A DNA stretch of 45,819 bases from Bacteroidales bacterium. GTDB taxonomy: Bacteria; Bacteroidota; Bacteroidia; Bacteroidales; UBA932. Location of the stretch: positions 1 to 45,819 of the forward strand of contig JAFZIX010000275.1 of NCBI GenBank assembly GCA_017554135.1. Reading direction: 5' to 3'. Of this stretch, positions 6,747-17,400 are shown in pieces. A program made the position numbers and the translations under genes. The notes under the pieces are model-generated. The model was not told the origin of the DNA. It saw only the letters and a list, made by a program, of their open reading frames with translations, and did no database searches. Positions within the stretch are counted from its first letter, which is position 1. Every line of letters begins with the position of its first letter.

Positions 6747-7764
6747 TCTGGATGGGTTTTGAGAGCTGGTCTATTGCGGCCAGCTCTTCTGTTGAGAAGG
6801 TGGTGTTATTCAACGCACCAAGGTCCTCAGAGAGTTGTTTAACTGAACTTGCGCCCAGCAACACGGATGTGATGTGGGGCTTTGCAAGGAGCCAGGCCAG
6901 TGACATCTGGGCAAGTGTCTGGCCACGGCCGCGGGCTATTTCCCTGAGGCCACGGAGGGCATCCAGCATAGTCTGTGTAAGGATTTCAGGCCTCAGTGAG
7001 CCGCTCTTGGACATACGTGAACCGGAAGGTATGCCACCGTCAAGGTAGCGGTCGCTGAGTAGGCCCTGCTGCAGGGGAGAGAAGGGGATGAATCCCGCTC
7101 CGGCCTCTCCGGCAAGGGACACAAGGTCCTCGCGTTCCGGATTGCGGTCTATGATGTTGTAGCGGTCCTGGAACAGGAGGCATGGGGTCTCGTGGGAAAT
7201 CAGATAATTGTACGCATACACGGCGGCCTGCTTGGGGTAGCGGGAAACTCCAACATAGAGGGCCTTCCCTTGATGCACAATATCAACAAGTGCCTGTAGT
7301 GTCTCATCCAGCGGAGTGCGGGGGTCATATCTGTGGGTGTAGAAAAGGTCCACGTAATCCAGTTTCATACGCCTGAGGCTCTGGTCCAGACTGGAGATGA
7401 GGTACTTTCGGGAACCCCATTCCCCGTAAGGGCCGGGCCACATCAGGTAACCCGCCTTGGTGGAAATGAACAGTTCATCCCTGTAGGGCTTGAAGGAAGA
7501 GGTGAGGAGTTTTCCAAAGTTTTCTTCCGCAGCTCCCGGTTCCGGGCCGTAGTTGTTGGCAAGGTCAAAGTGGCAGATGCCCTGGTCGAAGGCATAGTGA
7601 GCCATTTCCTGGATACGCTCAAAGGGCGTTTCCGTTCCAAAGTTCTGCCATAGGCCAAGTGTGATTGCCGGGATGTCTATTCCAGACCTTCCGCAGCGGC
7701 GGTACTGCATGGAGCTGTATCGCTCCGGGGATGCTGTGTAACTCATTTCTATGCTGTTTGTCAT
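6730..7764 (-). CDS. Aldo/keto reductase, L-glyceraldehyde-3-phosphate reductase (YghZ/Gpr)-like
   Basis: 'YRRCGRSG', 'LGLWQNFG', '[10 protein letters not shown]', '[22 protein letters not shown]', 'FSPLQQGLL'. A -7 box at 7768-7775 suggests the real start may be ATG 7746. Confidence 0.92.
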   Translation of the reverse strand: MTNSIEMSYTASPERYSSMQYRRCGRSGIDIPAITLGLWQNFGTETPFERIQEMAHYAFDQGICHFDLANNYGPEPGAAEENFGKLLTSSFKPYRDELFISTKAGYLMWPGPYGEWGSRKYLISSLDQSLRRMKLDYVDLFYTHRYDPRTPLDETLQALVDIVHQGKALYVGVSRYPKQAAVYAYNYLISHETPCLLFQDRYNIIDRNPEREDLVSLAGEAGAGFIPFSPLQQGLLSDRYLDGGIPSGSRMSKSGSLRPEILTQTMLDALRGLREIARGRGQTLAQMSLAWLLAKPHITSVLLGASSVKQLSEDLGALNNTTFSTEELAAIDQLSKPIQITERV

Positions 7765-7837
7765 TTACAAAGCTACAAAAAAACCTTGATTATTGGCCAA
7801 TTATTACTTATTTTTACAGGACAAAAACAGATAAACT

Positions 7838-9226
7838 ATGACTAAGAGATTATTCGGTATTGTAGTATCGGCCAGCCTTATACTGGCAATATCCTATTCC
7901 TGCACCCCAGTTCAGCAGGATGGCATCCCCGGTGATGAGCAAACCGTAGATCCTTCTACACTAGATGCTCTTGTTGTCACGGCCCCAATTCCTGAGAATA
8001 ATTTCATCTTTGAAGGAAAGCCTCAATTTGTCCTTAAGATTAATAACAAGAATACTGTCCCTATAAGTGACAAGTTGTCAATAAAGGTACTCTCGGACAA
8101 GAAAAAAACCGTTACTTCCTCTGAACTGGGAGAGTTCACAGTTCCCGCAAACACCACAATAGACAAAGATATTACTCTGGATTTTGACTTCCAGCCAGGT
8201 TTCTACAAGGCCCAATGCAGCGTCGAGGGTAGGACTGCATGCAGCGTGAATTTCGGTATCAGCCCTACTAAGATTGTATCGGCCCCGGATATGCAGGAAG
8301 ACTTTACCTCTTTCTGGGAAGATGCCATCTACCAACTTGAGAATATGGTTCAGATGAATCCTAAGATTACTGCTCTCCCCGGGAGGACCAACATGTATCT
8401 TGTAGAGATGAACTCTATTCCTGATAATGTCACTGGAGAAGATGCTGTAATCCACGCATATCTGTCAATTCCAAAAGATGCATCAGCTACAAAAAAATAT
8501 CCGGTACTCATTCACTTTTTTGGATATGACGACCAAAAACCTTCCGGCAAATTGTCCGGTCCGTCCGTCGCAATGTCTTTCATAGAACTGTATGTGTCAA
8601 CTCGCGGCCAGATGATTAACAATCGTACTGCTGACCAGCGGTCGGACGGCATAGATGAGGACTATCATAACAACTACGGGGACTGGTTTGCCTACAATTT
8701 TGGCCAGAAGGGAAGTTACTATTACCGCGGCGCATATATGGACTGCGTCCAGGCAGTGCGTTTCATTGCAACGCTAGAGGAGGCCGATACAAACAATATC
8801 TTTGCGGAAGGGAACAGCCAGGGCGGTGCATTCTCATACGCCTGCGCGGCCCTCAGTCCCATTCCCCTTGCCGGTATCGCGCCCGGCGTAGCTTTTATGG
8901 GAGACTTCCCGGATTATTTCCAGATAGTGGATTGGCCGGCATCTACCGCCAGGGCCAACAAGGGCTCTATGACGGATGAAGAGATGTATGCATTCCTTTC
9001 CTACTTTGACACCAAGAACCTTGCAACCCGTGTTTCATGCCCCATCATGGCAACTATGGGCTTGAAGGACACTACATGCCCTCCTCACACCAACATTGCC
9101 CCGTTCAACAATGCAAAGACCCCTGCAGAGGATAAGGTTATGTATTATTACGCAGATATGGGCCATCAGATTGCCGCGAACTGGGATGTCAATATGAAGA
9201 ACTTCTTCAAGAATCACATGAAGTAA
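7838..9226 (+). CDS. Lipoprotein, acetylxylan esterase / cephalosporin-C deacetylase (CE7, AXE1-like) with N-terminal Ig-like domain
   Basis: Lipobox 'ISYSC'; 'DFTSFW', 'RGQ', 'YYYRGAYMD', nucleophile 'GNSQGG', 'GLKDTTCPP', 'MGH'. Confidence 0.88.
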   Translation: MTKRLFGIVVSASLILAISYSCTPVQQDGIPGDEQTVDPSTLDALVVTAPIPENNFIFEGKPQFVLKINNKNTVPISDKLSIKVLSDKKKTVTSSELGEFTVPANTTIDKDITLDFDFQPGFYKAQCSVEGRTACSVNFGISPTKIVSAPDMQEDFTSFWEDAIYQLENMVQMNPKITALPGRTNMYLVEMNSIPDNVTGEDAVIHAYLSIPKDASATKKYPVLIHFFGYDDQKPSGKLSGPSVAMSFIELYVSTRGQMINNRTADQRSDGIDEDYHNNYGDWFAYNFGQKGSYYYRGAYMDCVQAVRFIATLEEADTNNIFAEGNSQGGAFSYACAALSPIPLAGIAPGVAFMGDFPDYFQIVDWPASTARANKGSMTDEEMYAFLSYFDTKNLATRVSCPIMATMGLKDTTCPPHTNIAPFNNAKTPAEDKVMYYYADMGHQIAANWDVNMKNFFKNHMK

Positions 9227-9264
9227 GGCCGCAGAATGTAAATTTCTCATTTACAGCATATTAT

Positions 9265-9302
9265 GCAAAATGCCCTGGGCGAATTCGCTCAGGGCATTTT
9301 GC
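9265..9302. terminator. Intrinsic terminator-like hairpin after the CE7 gene
   Basis: gcaaaatgccctgggcg-aatt-cgctcagggcattttgc, long stem with A/T tails on both sides. Confidence 0.8.
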
Positions 9303-9506
9303 GTAAACTATTGACAATTAATAGTTTACATTCTACGCTAATACTCCTCCTCGTTCCACAAATGGTGTAACTTCTGTAGGCTGATTATTATCAGTTAGTT
9401 ACGCTCGTGTTTAAAAACTTGGATAGCCACAGGGATAGTCTGAGGCAGGCTGAGATGCCATTAAGTGGCTGTATACAATTACACCCACTATCCCCGGACA
9501 GAATAG

Positions 9507-10757
9507 TTATTCTATCCAGTCTGATAATGACACTTTCTCCTTTGTTTTGTCATAAGGGAGGAACACTGTTTCGCCTGTGCACCAGGATGTCCGGAGGTCG
9601 GCAACAACCCCATCGTCATAGAGATAAAGACTGAATATTTTCGGCATAGATTCAAAATGCCAATACCCACCCCAATGGCCTCTGTTAACTTGGATAAGAT
9701 ACCTGAGTTCAGTTAATCTGTCCTCATTAATCTTTGTCCATTTAGTATAGTCTAAAACATCATCCTCATCAGACTCACAGACACCTCCAACATATAGTGA
9801 AAGGAGCCTGTCAATTTCTGATGTTATGTATACAATCTCCTTATCAGAATCAAAACTTGGAACATAAGCAAAACGGTCTGATGCTTTCATCATATAATCC
9901 CATTTGAGAGTCTTATCCCAAAGAGCATCAAAAGGGTATTCATTGAAGGTCCCAGGATACCTCCTGACCTCTATGCTGCCAGGCAATGAACAAATAACAC
10001 AACTATCAGGAATGGTCTTATTGTATTCAATGAAGACTCTTTTAACGGCTTGATTAATCAAAGAATCAGTTGAAAACGACCTCAATTGCACTGACCAATT
10101 CTTCCACTCTTTGAGAAATGTTTTGAAATTGTTATCAGTCAAGGATGGATACTTCTTGACAAATGATGGCTTGATAGGAGTCGTTATTACCAGTGTGTCC
10201 GGATGTTCTGATACCCATTGTTTATATTCCTCATCCATTTCCTCTCCGAATGTTTCCTCCAAGCTGGAAACACCCCATATGCCATCTATATTCTTATAAT
10301 AGTATTCTTCCCAATCATCAATATTACGAGCAAGGTTAAAGAAAGGTATAGTATGGAAGAATGCGAAAGAGGAATATTTAAGAATGGTTGACTTTTTCCC
10401 AGTCTTTTCAAAGACAACAGGAATAGATTCTTCCAGTTTATCTTCTGATACAATAAACTTAACCCCATTTATAATAACCTGTCCAAATAGACTGTCCTTA
10501 ACCATACAGGTGCTAGGATGCTCTGGACTAGCAATAATGGAATTTCTAGTGGTATGGGTATATATGAACATCTCTGGAGTATTAGACTTGGCCTTCTCTT
10601 TATCTGCAATTTCTTCGAGCCAAGATCTCACATTGTTATCAGCAATCTCGACCTTGTCAACTCTCATTATGCGGAAGTTCAAGCAAACAAAGACGAGCAA
10701 AGCAATCACAATAGTAATTACTATGGCAATCAAACAATATGACTTTTTGTTCTTCAT
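9507..10757 (-). CDS. Hypothetical membrane-anchored protein, low GC
   Basis: 416-aa ORF with N-terminal hydrophobic helix; sampled lines are ~32-33% GC versus roughly 50-60% in neighbours; -7 box caaagata at 10763-10770. Confidence 0.7.
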   Translation of the reverse strand: MKNKKSYCLIAIVITIVIALLVFVCLNFRIMRVDKVEIADNNVRSWLEEIADKEKAKSNTPEMFIYTHTTRNSIIASPEHPSTCMVKDSLFGQVIINGVKFIVSEDKLEESIPVVFEKTGKKSTILKYSSFAFFHTIPFFNLARNIDDWEEYYYKNIDGIWGVSSLEETFGEEMDEEYKQWVSEHPDTLVITTPIKPSFVKKYPSLTDNNFKTFLKEWKNWSVQLRSFSTDSLINQAVKRVFIEYNKTIPDSCVICSLPGSIEVRRYPGTFNEYPFDALWDKTLKWDYMMKASDRFAYVPSFDSDKEIVYITSEIDRLLSLYVGGVCESDEDDVLDYTKWTKINEDRLTELRYLIQVNRGHWGGYWHFESMPKIFSLYLYDDGVVADLRTSWCTGETVFLPYDKTKEKVSLSDWIE

Positions 10758-10834
10758 ACTTACAAAGATAGTAATATTTCCCCACCAACTATTCCTTTTC
10801 TTTCAGGGATAGTCCCAATGTGGCTGAAAAACCA

Positions 10835-10866
10835 AAAACTGCCAAGGATGATTCCTTGGCAGTTTT
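10835..10866 (-). terminator. Intrinsic terminator downstream of the DUF2795 gene
   Basis: aaaactgccaagga-tgat-tccttggcagtttt perfect 14-bp stem. Confidence 0.85.
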
Positions 10867-10897
10867 GTGATTTATTGATTTTCAATATATTATCAAA

Positions 10898-11119
10898 TCA
10901 ATATTCTTCCTCATTCCACATGAAGTCTTCCTTGGTGGGGTAGTCTGGCCAGATGTCCTCTATGGATTCGTAGATCTCGGTGTCATCGTCCAGTTCCTCA
11001 AGGTTTTCTATTACTTCTTCGGGGGCGCAGGTGCGGTTTGCGTAGTCTATGAGCTCCTCTTTGGTTGCGGGCCACGGGGCGTCGTCCAGTGAGCTTGCAA
11101 GTTCAAGTGTCCAAAACAT
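10898..11119 (-). CDS. DUF2795 domain protein (conserved small Bacteroidetes protein)
   Basis: 'MFWTLELASSLDDAPWPATKEELIDYA...IWPDYPTKEDF'. Confidence 0.92.
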   Translation of the reverse strand: MFWTLELASSLDDAPWPATKEELIDYANRTCAPEEVIENLEELDDDTEIYESIEDIWPDYPTKEDFMWNEEEY

Positions 11120-11174
11120 TGTATTATAGCGTTTTAATTGTTAAAAATCTTACAGGTTCCCGCAATTGGGGCTG

Positions 11175-11222
11175 CAAAGATAGGAAAAAAACTTATATAA
11201 TGAATTTTTTTCGCTATTTTTG
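11175..11222. promoter_or_regulatory. Divergent -7 promoter boxes for DUF2795 and folE
   Basis: caaagata 11175-11182 (TATCTTTG, minus) and TATTTTTG 11215-11222 (plus). Confidence 0.6.
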
Positions 11223-11249
11223 TAGACAATTGCTTCAAATTACAGGCCA

Positions 11250-11840
11250 ATGGCATACAGAAAGATAGAACAATACGACCAAGATACCACAGAGCAGATA
11301 GCCGCCCACATCAAGGCTATCCTGGGTCTTTTGGGAGAAGACGTAGAGAGGGAAGGCCTCCATAAAACCCCGGAGCGCGTGGCTAAGGCCATGCAGTTCC
11401 TCACGCAGGGCTATTTCCAGAGCGGAGAAACCATAGTAAAGAGTGCCCTTTTCACAGAGCCCTACAACCATATGGTAATTGTGAAGGACATAGAGCTTTT
11501 CTCCCTCTGCGAGCATCACATGCTGCCTTTTATCGGCAAAGCCCACGTAGCTTACATCCCCAACGGCCAAATTACCGGCCTCAGTAAAATCGCCCGCGTG
11601 GTGGAAACCTACGCCCGCAGGCTCCAGGTTCAGGAGCGTCTCACGGAACAGATTCGTGACTGCATCCAGGACAGCCTCCAGCCTCTTGGCGTTGCAGTTG
11701 TAATTGAGGCCATGCACACCTGCATGTCCATGCGCGGGGTGCAGAAATCCAACGCAATCACCACCACAAGTGCCTTCTCCGGCATCTTCCTCAAGAGCAG
11801 CAAAACACGTAACGAATTCCTAAAACTAATAGAACATTAA
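11250..11840 (+). CDS. folE: GTP cyclohydrolase I
   Basis: '[14 protein letters not shown]', '[10 protein letters not shown]', 'GLSKIAR', '[10 protein letters not shown]', 'HTCMSMRGV'. Confidence 0.97.
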   Translation: MAYRKIEQYDQDTTEQIAAHIKAILGLLGEDVEREGLHKTPERVAKAMQFLTQGYFQSGETIVKSALFTEPYNHMVIVKDIELFSLCEHHMLPFIGKAHVAYIPNGQITGLSKIARVVETYARRLQVQERLTEQIRDCIQDSLQPLGVAVVIEAMHTCMSMRGVQKSNAITTTSAFSGIFLKSSKTRNEFLKLIEH

Positions 11841-11863
11841 TATGGGTGCATTTCACGCTTATG
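11839..11863 (+). repeat. attL core: 25-bp direct repeat
   Basis: aatatgggtgcatttcacgcttatg, identical to 44862-44886; encodes MGAFHAY, the first codons of pmm, one base after the folE stop. Confidence 0.95.
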
Positions 11864-11904
11864 GAGGTCTCCCGGTGAAATGAAAAAGTTACAAAAATGC
11901 CATA

Positions 11905-11946
11905 AAAATGCCGTTACAAATGCGTGTGGCGGCGTTTTCCTTTTTT
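11905..11946 (+). terminator. Putative terminator just inside attL
   Basis: aaaatgccgttaca-aatgcg-tgtggcggcgtttt stem (with G:U pairs) followed by cc and a T6 run. Confidence 0.55.
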
Positions 11947-11993
11947 ACCCTCAGAGGCCTTCGATGACAATGATAACACAATAATACCCTCAT

Positions 11994-12013
11994 TTTTGTT
12001 ACCCGTTTGTTAC
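11994..12013 (+). promoter_or_regulatory. Putative integrase arm-type binding sites (left)
   Basis: ttttgttacccgtttgttac (tandem tttgttac), identical to 44783-44802. Confidence 0.75.
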
Positions 12014-12057
12014 TCGAAACAAATTTTCACTATCTATTGCAGGCAAAGGGAAATGCT

Positions 12058-12510
12058 ATGAGAAAGCTGAAACAAAACAAGGAACCCATACGCCTGCGGG
12101 CAAAGAAACTGAAGGACGGAAGCCAGTCCCTGTACCTGGATTACTACTCCGGCGGGGGTGCGCCAGTACGAGTTCCTGAAACTGTACCTGGTCCCGGAGC
12201 GTTCGGGCGTGGAGAAAGACAAGAATGCAGAGACGCTGAGGACGGCGAACGCATACAAGGCGCAAAAGATTGTGGAGCTCCAGAACGGCGAGTTCGGTTT
12301 CAGCAACGCCCGTCTACGCTGCCAGATGAACTTTGTGGATTATATGCGCTCTCTTTCTCAGAAGGCGAAGGAAAGGGGGACCAGCACCTACCAGACATAC
12401 GACAACGGCATTAATCATTTCATTAAGTACGCCGGCGACCAGGTGGAGATAGGAAGCATAGACAAAGAGTTCTGTATGGGCTTTGTATCCTATCTGAAGC
12501 GCGCCAAGAC
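12058..12510 (+). pseudogene. Tyrosine integrase pseudogene (arm-binding + SAM-like domains only)
   Basis: MRKLKQNKEPIRLRAKKLKDGSQSLYLDYYSGG / VRQYEFLKLYL...AQKIVELQNG...NFVDYM...IDKEFCMGFVSYLK; one extra G in ggcgggggtg (12151-12160) shifts the frame; catalytic domain absent; 3' end approximate. Confidence 0.88.
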
Positions 12511-12987
12511 ATTGCCACCGTCAAGCTTCCCGGAACGTGGACGTACTACAGCGTGGCGACTGCAATCAGCAGCGACAACACCCTCGTTACCCTTGCATCC
12601 TCGGCCTACAAGACCAAGATAGAGAACAAGCTCAACTCCTACCTCGCAAAAGTGGGGATCAGGCAGGGCAGTGCGGTCTTCACCTTCACCGAGGCCGGCG
12701 AGTTCACAATCACCAACGGCACCAAGCAGATAGCTTCCGGCACCTACACGGTTGACAAGGAAAACAACGTCGAAATGAAGTTCGGCAAGGTTTACAGTTA
12801 CCTCACCCTCAAGGGGAAACTTGCCGCCACCACATCTGGCTGCCAGATTCTCTTCAACGCCGACAAGTTCCTTGAATTCTTGAAGAAGGCCGTGGCCGTC
12901 GCCGGCAAGCTCATCAGCACCGATTCTCTCGCATCCCTCCTTTCAGACGCCAGCGGGCTCCAGCTGGGATTCATACTCACCAAGTAG
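12508..12987 (+). pseudogene. 5'-truncated DUF4923-like (lipocalin-like) gene fused to the integrase remnant
   Basis: In-frame 'LPGTWTYYSVATAISSDN...KIENKLNSYLAKVGIRQG..FTFT..GEFT...SGTYT...ILFNADK...GLQLGF'; no signal peptide or N-terminus; 5' end approximate. Confidence 0.7.
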
Positions 12988-12989
12988 AA

Positions 12990-13523
12990 TTAGGGAAGAA
13001 GCTTTTTCCGGAGATACTGCGTGGCATGGAAAAGATGTGTCTCGACAGTTCTCACGGAAAGCTCGCAGAGGGAGGCGATGCTTTTGTTGTCCATTCCGTA
13101 AAAACGGCTTAACAGGAACACCTTCCTTCTTGCAGGCGGCATCCAGGAAACGGCCTTCTGCACCCTCCGAAGAAATTCGTCGGCTTCGTATCTGCGGGCT
13201 GTTTCCTCCGATACCTCATCGAATGTAACCCGGAAGTTCTCCGCGAATTTCCGGGTTACCTGTATATGGTCACATCTGTCAAGCACCGCATTCTTTGCGA
13301 TATTCATCAGATAGGGCTCGAAAGAATTAATGCGAAGCAGCCGGGAACGGTATACCCAGAGCCTGACGAAGATATCCTGCGTGATATCCGCAGCCTCCTC
13401 GGGATCTTTCAGCAGACTCCTGACGAAACCTGCGCACTTGGGAGCATAGCGTTCGTACAGCAGGGCGAACGCTTGCCTGTCCCCGTGGGCACAGGACAGC
13501 AATATATTATTATCCGAAGACAA
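12990..13523 (-). CDS. ECF-type RNA polymerase sigma-70 factor
   Basis: 'AFALLYERY', 'AADITQDIFVRLW', 'YLMNIAKNAVLD', 'RRKVFLLSRF.G...SIA...LSVRTVETHL'; TTG start; -7 box caaaggta 13546-13553. Confidence 0.92.
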   Translation of the reverse strand: MSSDNNILLSCAHGDRQAFALLYERYAPKCAGFVRSLLKDPEEAADITQDIFVRLWVYRSRLLRINSFEPYLMNIAKNAVLDRCDHIQVTRKFAENFRVTFDEVSEETARRYEADEFLRRVQKAVSWMPPARRKVFLLSRFYGMDNKSIASLCELSVRTVETHLFHATQYLRKKLLP

Positions 13524-13634
13524 GTCAGTTATTATTTAGCAGATACAAAGGTAAGATTTTTTACAAAATGGTTAAGTATCCGGACGCAGAAAACCGTCAT
13601 AATAATATAAAAGAGACATAATATCATCAAGCAT

Positions 13635-14435
13635 ATGAACAAGAACAAAGATATAATGGACGCGTGGAATAGTTCCACTCCCATGGACGCAACTATGCTG
13701 CACTCTGCCGGTAGTGTACTGGAAAAGGCGGAAGCGAAGGAAAAGGCCGTAAGAAAAGCGCGGAGAGCGTGGATCTCTTCCGTCATGGCCCTGATGGTTG
13801 TGGCGCTCGGCACAGGTATTTATGTGAAAAACAATGCCCCTGTGCGCCTTGTGGCTGAAGGGAAAAAGCAGCACTACGAACTGCCCGACGGTTCTTCCAT
13901 CTGGCTCAACCGCAGTTCTTCCCTCAGTTACAAATCATCGTTCGGAAAGTCGGAGCGCCGGGTGAAGCTCACAGGCGAGGCCTTTTTCGATGTCGCCAAA
14001 GACTCCCGGGCCTTCGTGGTTGAAACCGGCCGGATGGACATAACCGTCCACGGCACCAGGTTCACAGTATCGGCCTACGGGGACGGAGAACAGTCTGCAT
14101 GGCTCGAAGAAGGGTCAATCTCAGTAAAGGGCCACGGCCTTTCTGAAACCACGCTTTCTCCCGACCAGAAGGTGTGCTACGAGGGGGGAGAATGGACAGT
14201 TTCTGAAGAACCCGCATCCTGCCACACTTCGTGGATAAACGACAGGCTTGTGCTGGAAAACCGCTCCCTGTCGGAGATTGTCTCCGCGCTGGAGCATTGG
14301 TACGGCACTGGCCTCACTGTAAGCGACCCGGAAGAAGCAAAAGTCATCTTCCTGTCCCTTACCGTAAGGAGCGAAGAGCTTGATGCCATACTGGAAGCCA
14401 TAAACCTTCTTTCGGATGTACAGGTAAGCAGGTAA
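13635..14435 (+). CDS. FecR-family anti-sigma factor
   Basis: Single TM; 'LPDGSSIWLNRSSSLSY', 'RRVKLTGEAFFDVAKD', 'VHGTRF', 'LEEGSI'. Confidence 0.93.
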   Translation: MNKNKDIMDAWNSSTPMDATMLHSAGSVLEKAEAKEKAVRKARRAWISSVMALMVVALGTGIYVKNNAPVRLVAEGKKQHYELPDGSSIWLNRSSSLSYKSSFGKSERRVKLTGEAFFDVAKDSRAFVVETGRMDITVHGTRFTVSAYGDGEQSAWLEEGSISVKGHGLSETTLSPDQKVCYEGGEWTVSEEPASCHTSWINDRLVLENRSLSEIVSALEHWYGTGLTVSDPEEAKVIFLSLTVRSEELDAILEAINLLSDVQVSR

Positions 14436-17400
14436 TGCTACGCAAGACCGTCATACTCTCCTTCTTCCTGCTGCTGGCCGGAGCCTTCTGGACCGGTCTG
14501 TCGGCTCAGAAGCTCTCGCTCGACCTGGACAACGTGAGCATACGGGAGCTGCTCTACAACATCGAGGAAGAAACGGGACTTGCATTCTTCTACAGCAACA
14601 ACGAAATCGACGTGGAGGCAAAAGTGTCCGTCCACGTGAAAGGAGTTCAGCTCGAAGAAGTGCTGCGAAGCGTGCTTCCGGGCATACGCTGCATCATCCT
14701 CGAAGAGCGGATAATCCTTGTGCCCGAGCGCAAGAGAGCCGAGTTCCCACCCCCATCTGACGACAGTCCGGACGTTCCGGACAAAGCGGATTCGTTGCGG
14801 CTGCGTCCGCTTCTGCCTATGGTCAACTGGTTGAAGGAATCGGTGGTCGTGGGCTATGGAGTGCAGCAGAAAGCCAATGTCACCGGTGCCGTCTCCGTAC
14901 TTGCCAGCAAAGAACTCAAAGACCGTCCGGTTTCCGGTGTGGGTCAGGTGATGCAGGGAATGGTGGGAAACCTGAACATCCTTCAGGAATCCGGGCAGCC
15001 CGGCGCCATCTCCCTGTACAACATCAGGGGAAAAACCTCCCTCAACGGAGGCGATCCGCTCATCCTGGTGGACGGGGTGGAGACCGATCCGATGAGCGTG
15101 AATCCCTCAGACATAGAATCCATATCCATCCTGAAGGACGCCTCGTCTTCGGCCATCTACGGCATACGCGGTGCTTTCGGGGTGATACTCATAACGACCC
15201 GTGGAGGAGAAAAAGATATGGCTCCCAAGGTGGTGTTCAACGCCAGGTATTCCCTTTCGGCAAACACGGTTTCAACCGACTATGAAACGCGCGGTTACGA
15301 CGCCGCCAAGATAGCCGACACCTTTATGCTCACCTCGGTTTCGGGCATTCCGTACACCAGATACACCGACTACGATTACCAACGGCTCTACGAGCGCCGC
15401 GGAGACAAATATGAGGTTGCAGAAAGACCGTGGGTTGTAAAGGAAACAAGGGACGGCATACCTTCCTACACCTACCTTGGCAACTACGACTGGTATCATT
15501 ACCTGTATGACGAATCCCGTCCCACCCAGGACTACAACATAGATATCACAGGAGGTTCGCGCCGCATCTCCTACAAACTCAGCGGCCGTTATTACGACCA
15601 ACGCGGCATCCAGCGCCACGGGCCCGACCGTTTCCGTTCATATACTCTTTCCAGCAGGGTGCAGATGCAGCTCCGCAGCTGGCTTGCGCTGGGCTATAGC
15701 GTGCGCTTCTACCAGTCTGACTACTCTTACCTGGGACTCGAATCCCAATATATCAATTTCTACAGGCCCACCATTCATGCCCTTCCGTCCTTTGTTCCGG
15801 AGAATCCCGACGGAACCACCGTCTCGCACACCGTCCTCACAAATTCTTCGGCGCATTACATCATGTCGGGCTACAACTCCATGATACGCAGTGGAAATAC
15901 AGGAGGGAGCAATTCCGACGAGCAGAGTTACAATACCCTGGATCTCACGGCGGACATTCTCCCCGGACTTGTGTTCAAGACATCCTGGACCTATCATTCT
16001 TCCACTGTTCAGAAGCTTTTCCGCAGCGCACCGGCCTCCTATTCGATGTATCCGGGCGAAACCGCGTATGAGCCAGAGAACGCCTACGAAGACTATCTCT
16101 CAGAAAGGGACAACCGCCTGCGCAGGAACTCCGTGGATGCATTCCTTACATACGAAGGTCATTTCCGGAAAGGGCATCATCTCACGGCCGTAGCCGGCGT
16201 AAACTACGAAGACTGGCGCAGGACCGCGCTTACGGTGCAGCGCAAAGACCTGCTTTCGGAAACCATGTCCGACTTTAACCTTGCCACCGGAGAACTCAAG
16301 CGCCTTAACGGCGGAGTGCGGGAATACAGTCTGATGGGCGTATTCTACCGTTTATCCTACGATTGGAAGGGCCGTTATCTGGTGGAGACGAACGGCCGTC
16401 TGGACGGCTCCTCCCGTTTCCCGGAAGGCAAGAAGTGGGGCCTGTTCCCGTCAGTTTCGCTCGGATGGCAGCTCAGCGGAGAGCCGTTCTGGGCTCCGCT
16501 GCTCCCGGTGATTTCCCAGGCCAAACTGCGTGCTTCAGTGGGTTCTCTCGGGAATCAGTCCATAAACGAATATGCCTACTGGCAGACAATCCGGACAGGA
16601 GGAACCATGAATTATTCCTTCGACGGCGAAACGCGCAGCCGTTACGCTGAGGCCGACGACCCCGTGTCCACCGGAACATGGGAGACAATACAGACCAGGA
16701 ACCTGGGGGCCGATCTCGGATTCTTCGGAGGAAGGCTGCGACTCACCGGGGATTTCTATATTCGGGACGCGCTTGGCATCCTCACTTCCGGGCCGCTGTT
16801 GCCATCGTTCTACGGAGCCTCCGAGCCGATGGTGAATGCCCACGACATACGCACGCGCGGGTGCGAATTCTCTATAGAGTGGAACAACTCGGCACAGCTT
16901 CTCGGAAAGCCATTTTCCTATGGGGCCATCGCCACTCTGTCCGACTATATTTCCACCTATACGCGTTGCGACAACCCGTCAGGCCTTCTGTCGGAACCCT
17001 ATCCAGGCCGCCGACTCGGGGAAATCTGGGGATACAGGGTGGACGGTCTTTTTGCAGACGATGCGGAAGCGGCGGCTTATGCTGCGGAGGTTGACATGTC
17101 GCAGGTGAGCCCCGGCTATTACTACTCCTTCAACGAGGCATCACGAGGAGTGCGAGGAGGAGACATGAAATACGTGGACCTTAAGAAAGACGGGGTTATC
17201 GATGCCGGGAAGAACACCCTGGACGACCACGGAGACCTGGAGGTTATAGGCAACAGCCTTCCCCGCTGGAGTTACGGTTTCCGTTTCCATGCGGCCTGGA
17301 ACGGATGGGACGCACAGGCATTTTTCCAGGGAATAGGCCACATGGACTGGTATCCGGGCCATGAAAACATTCGTTTCTGGGGTCCATACTGCCGGCCTTA

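Noticed and set aside
2296-12005. Shared gttacccg between family C repeats and the island arm sites
   Set aside because: Only 8 bp, different context (inverted hairpins versus tandem direct sites) and different enzyme classes; probably coincidence
12151-12160. G-run as a programmed frameshift or phase-variable switch for the integrase
   Set aside because: The run is short and the catalytic domain is deleted anyway, so restoring frame gives no active enzyme
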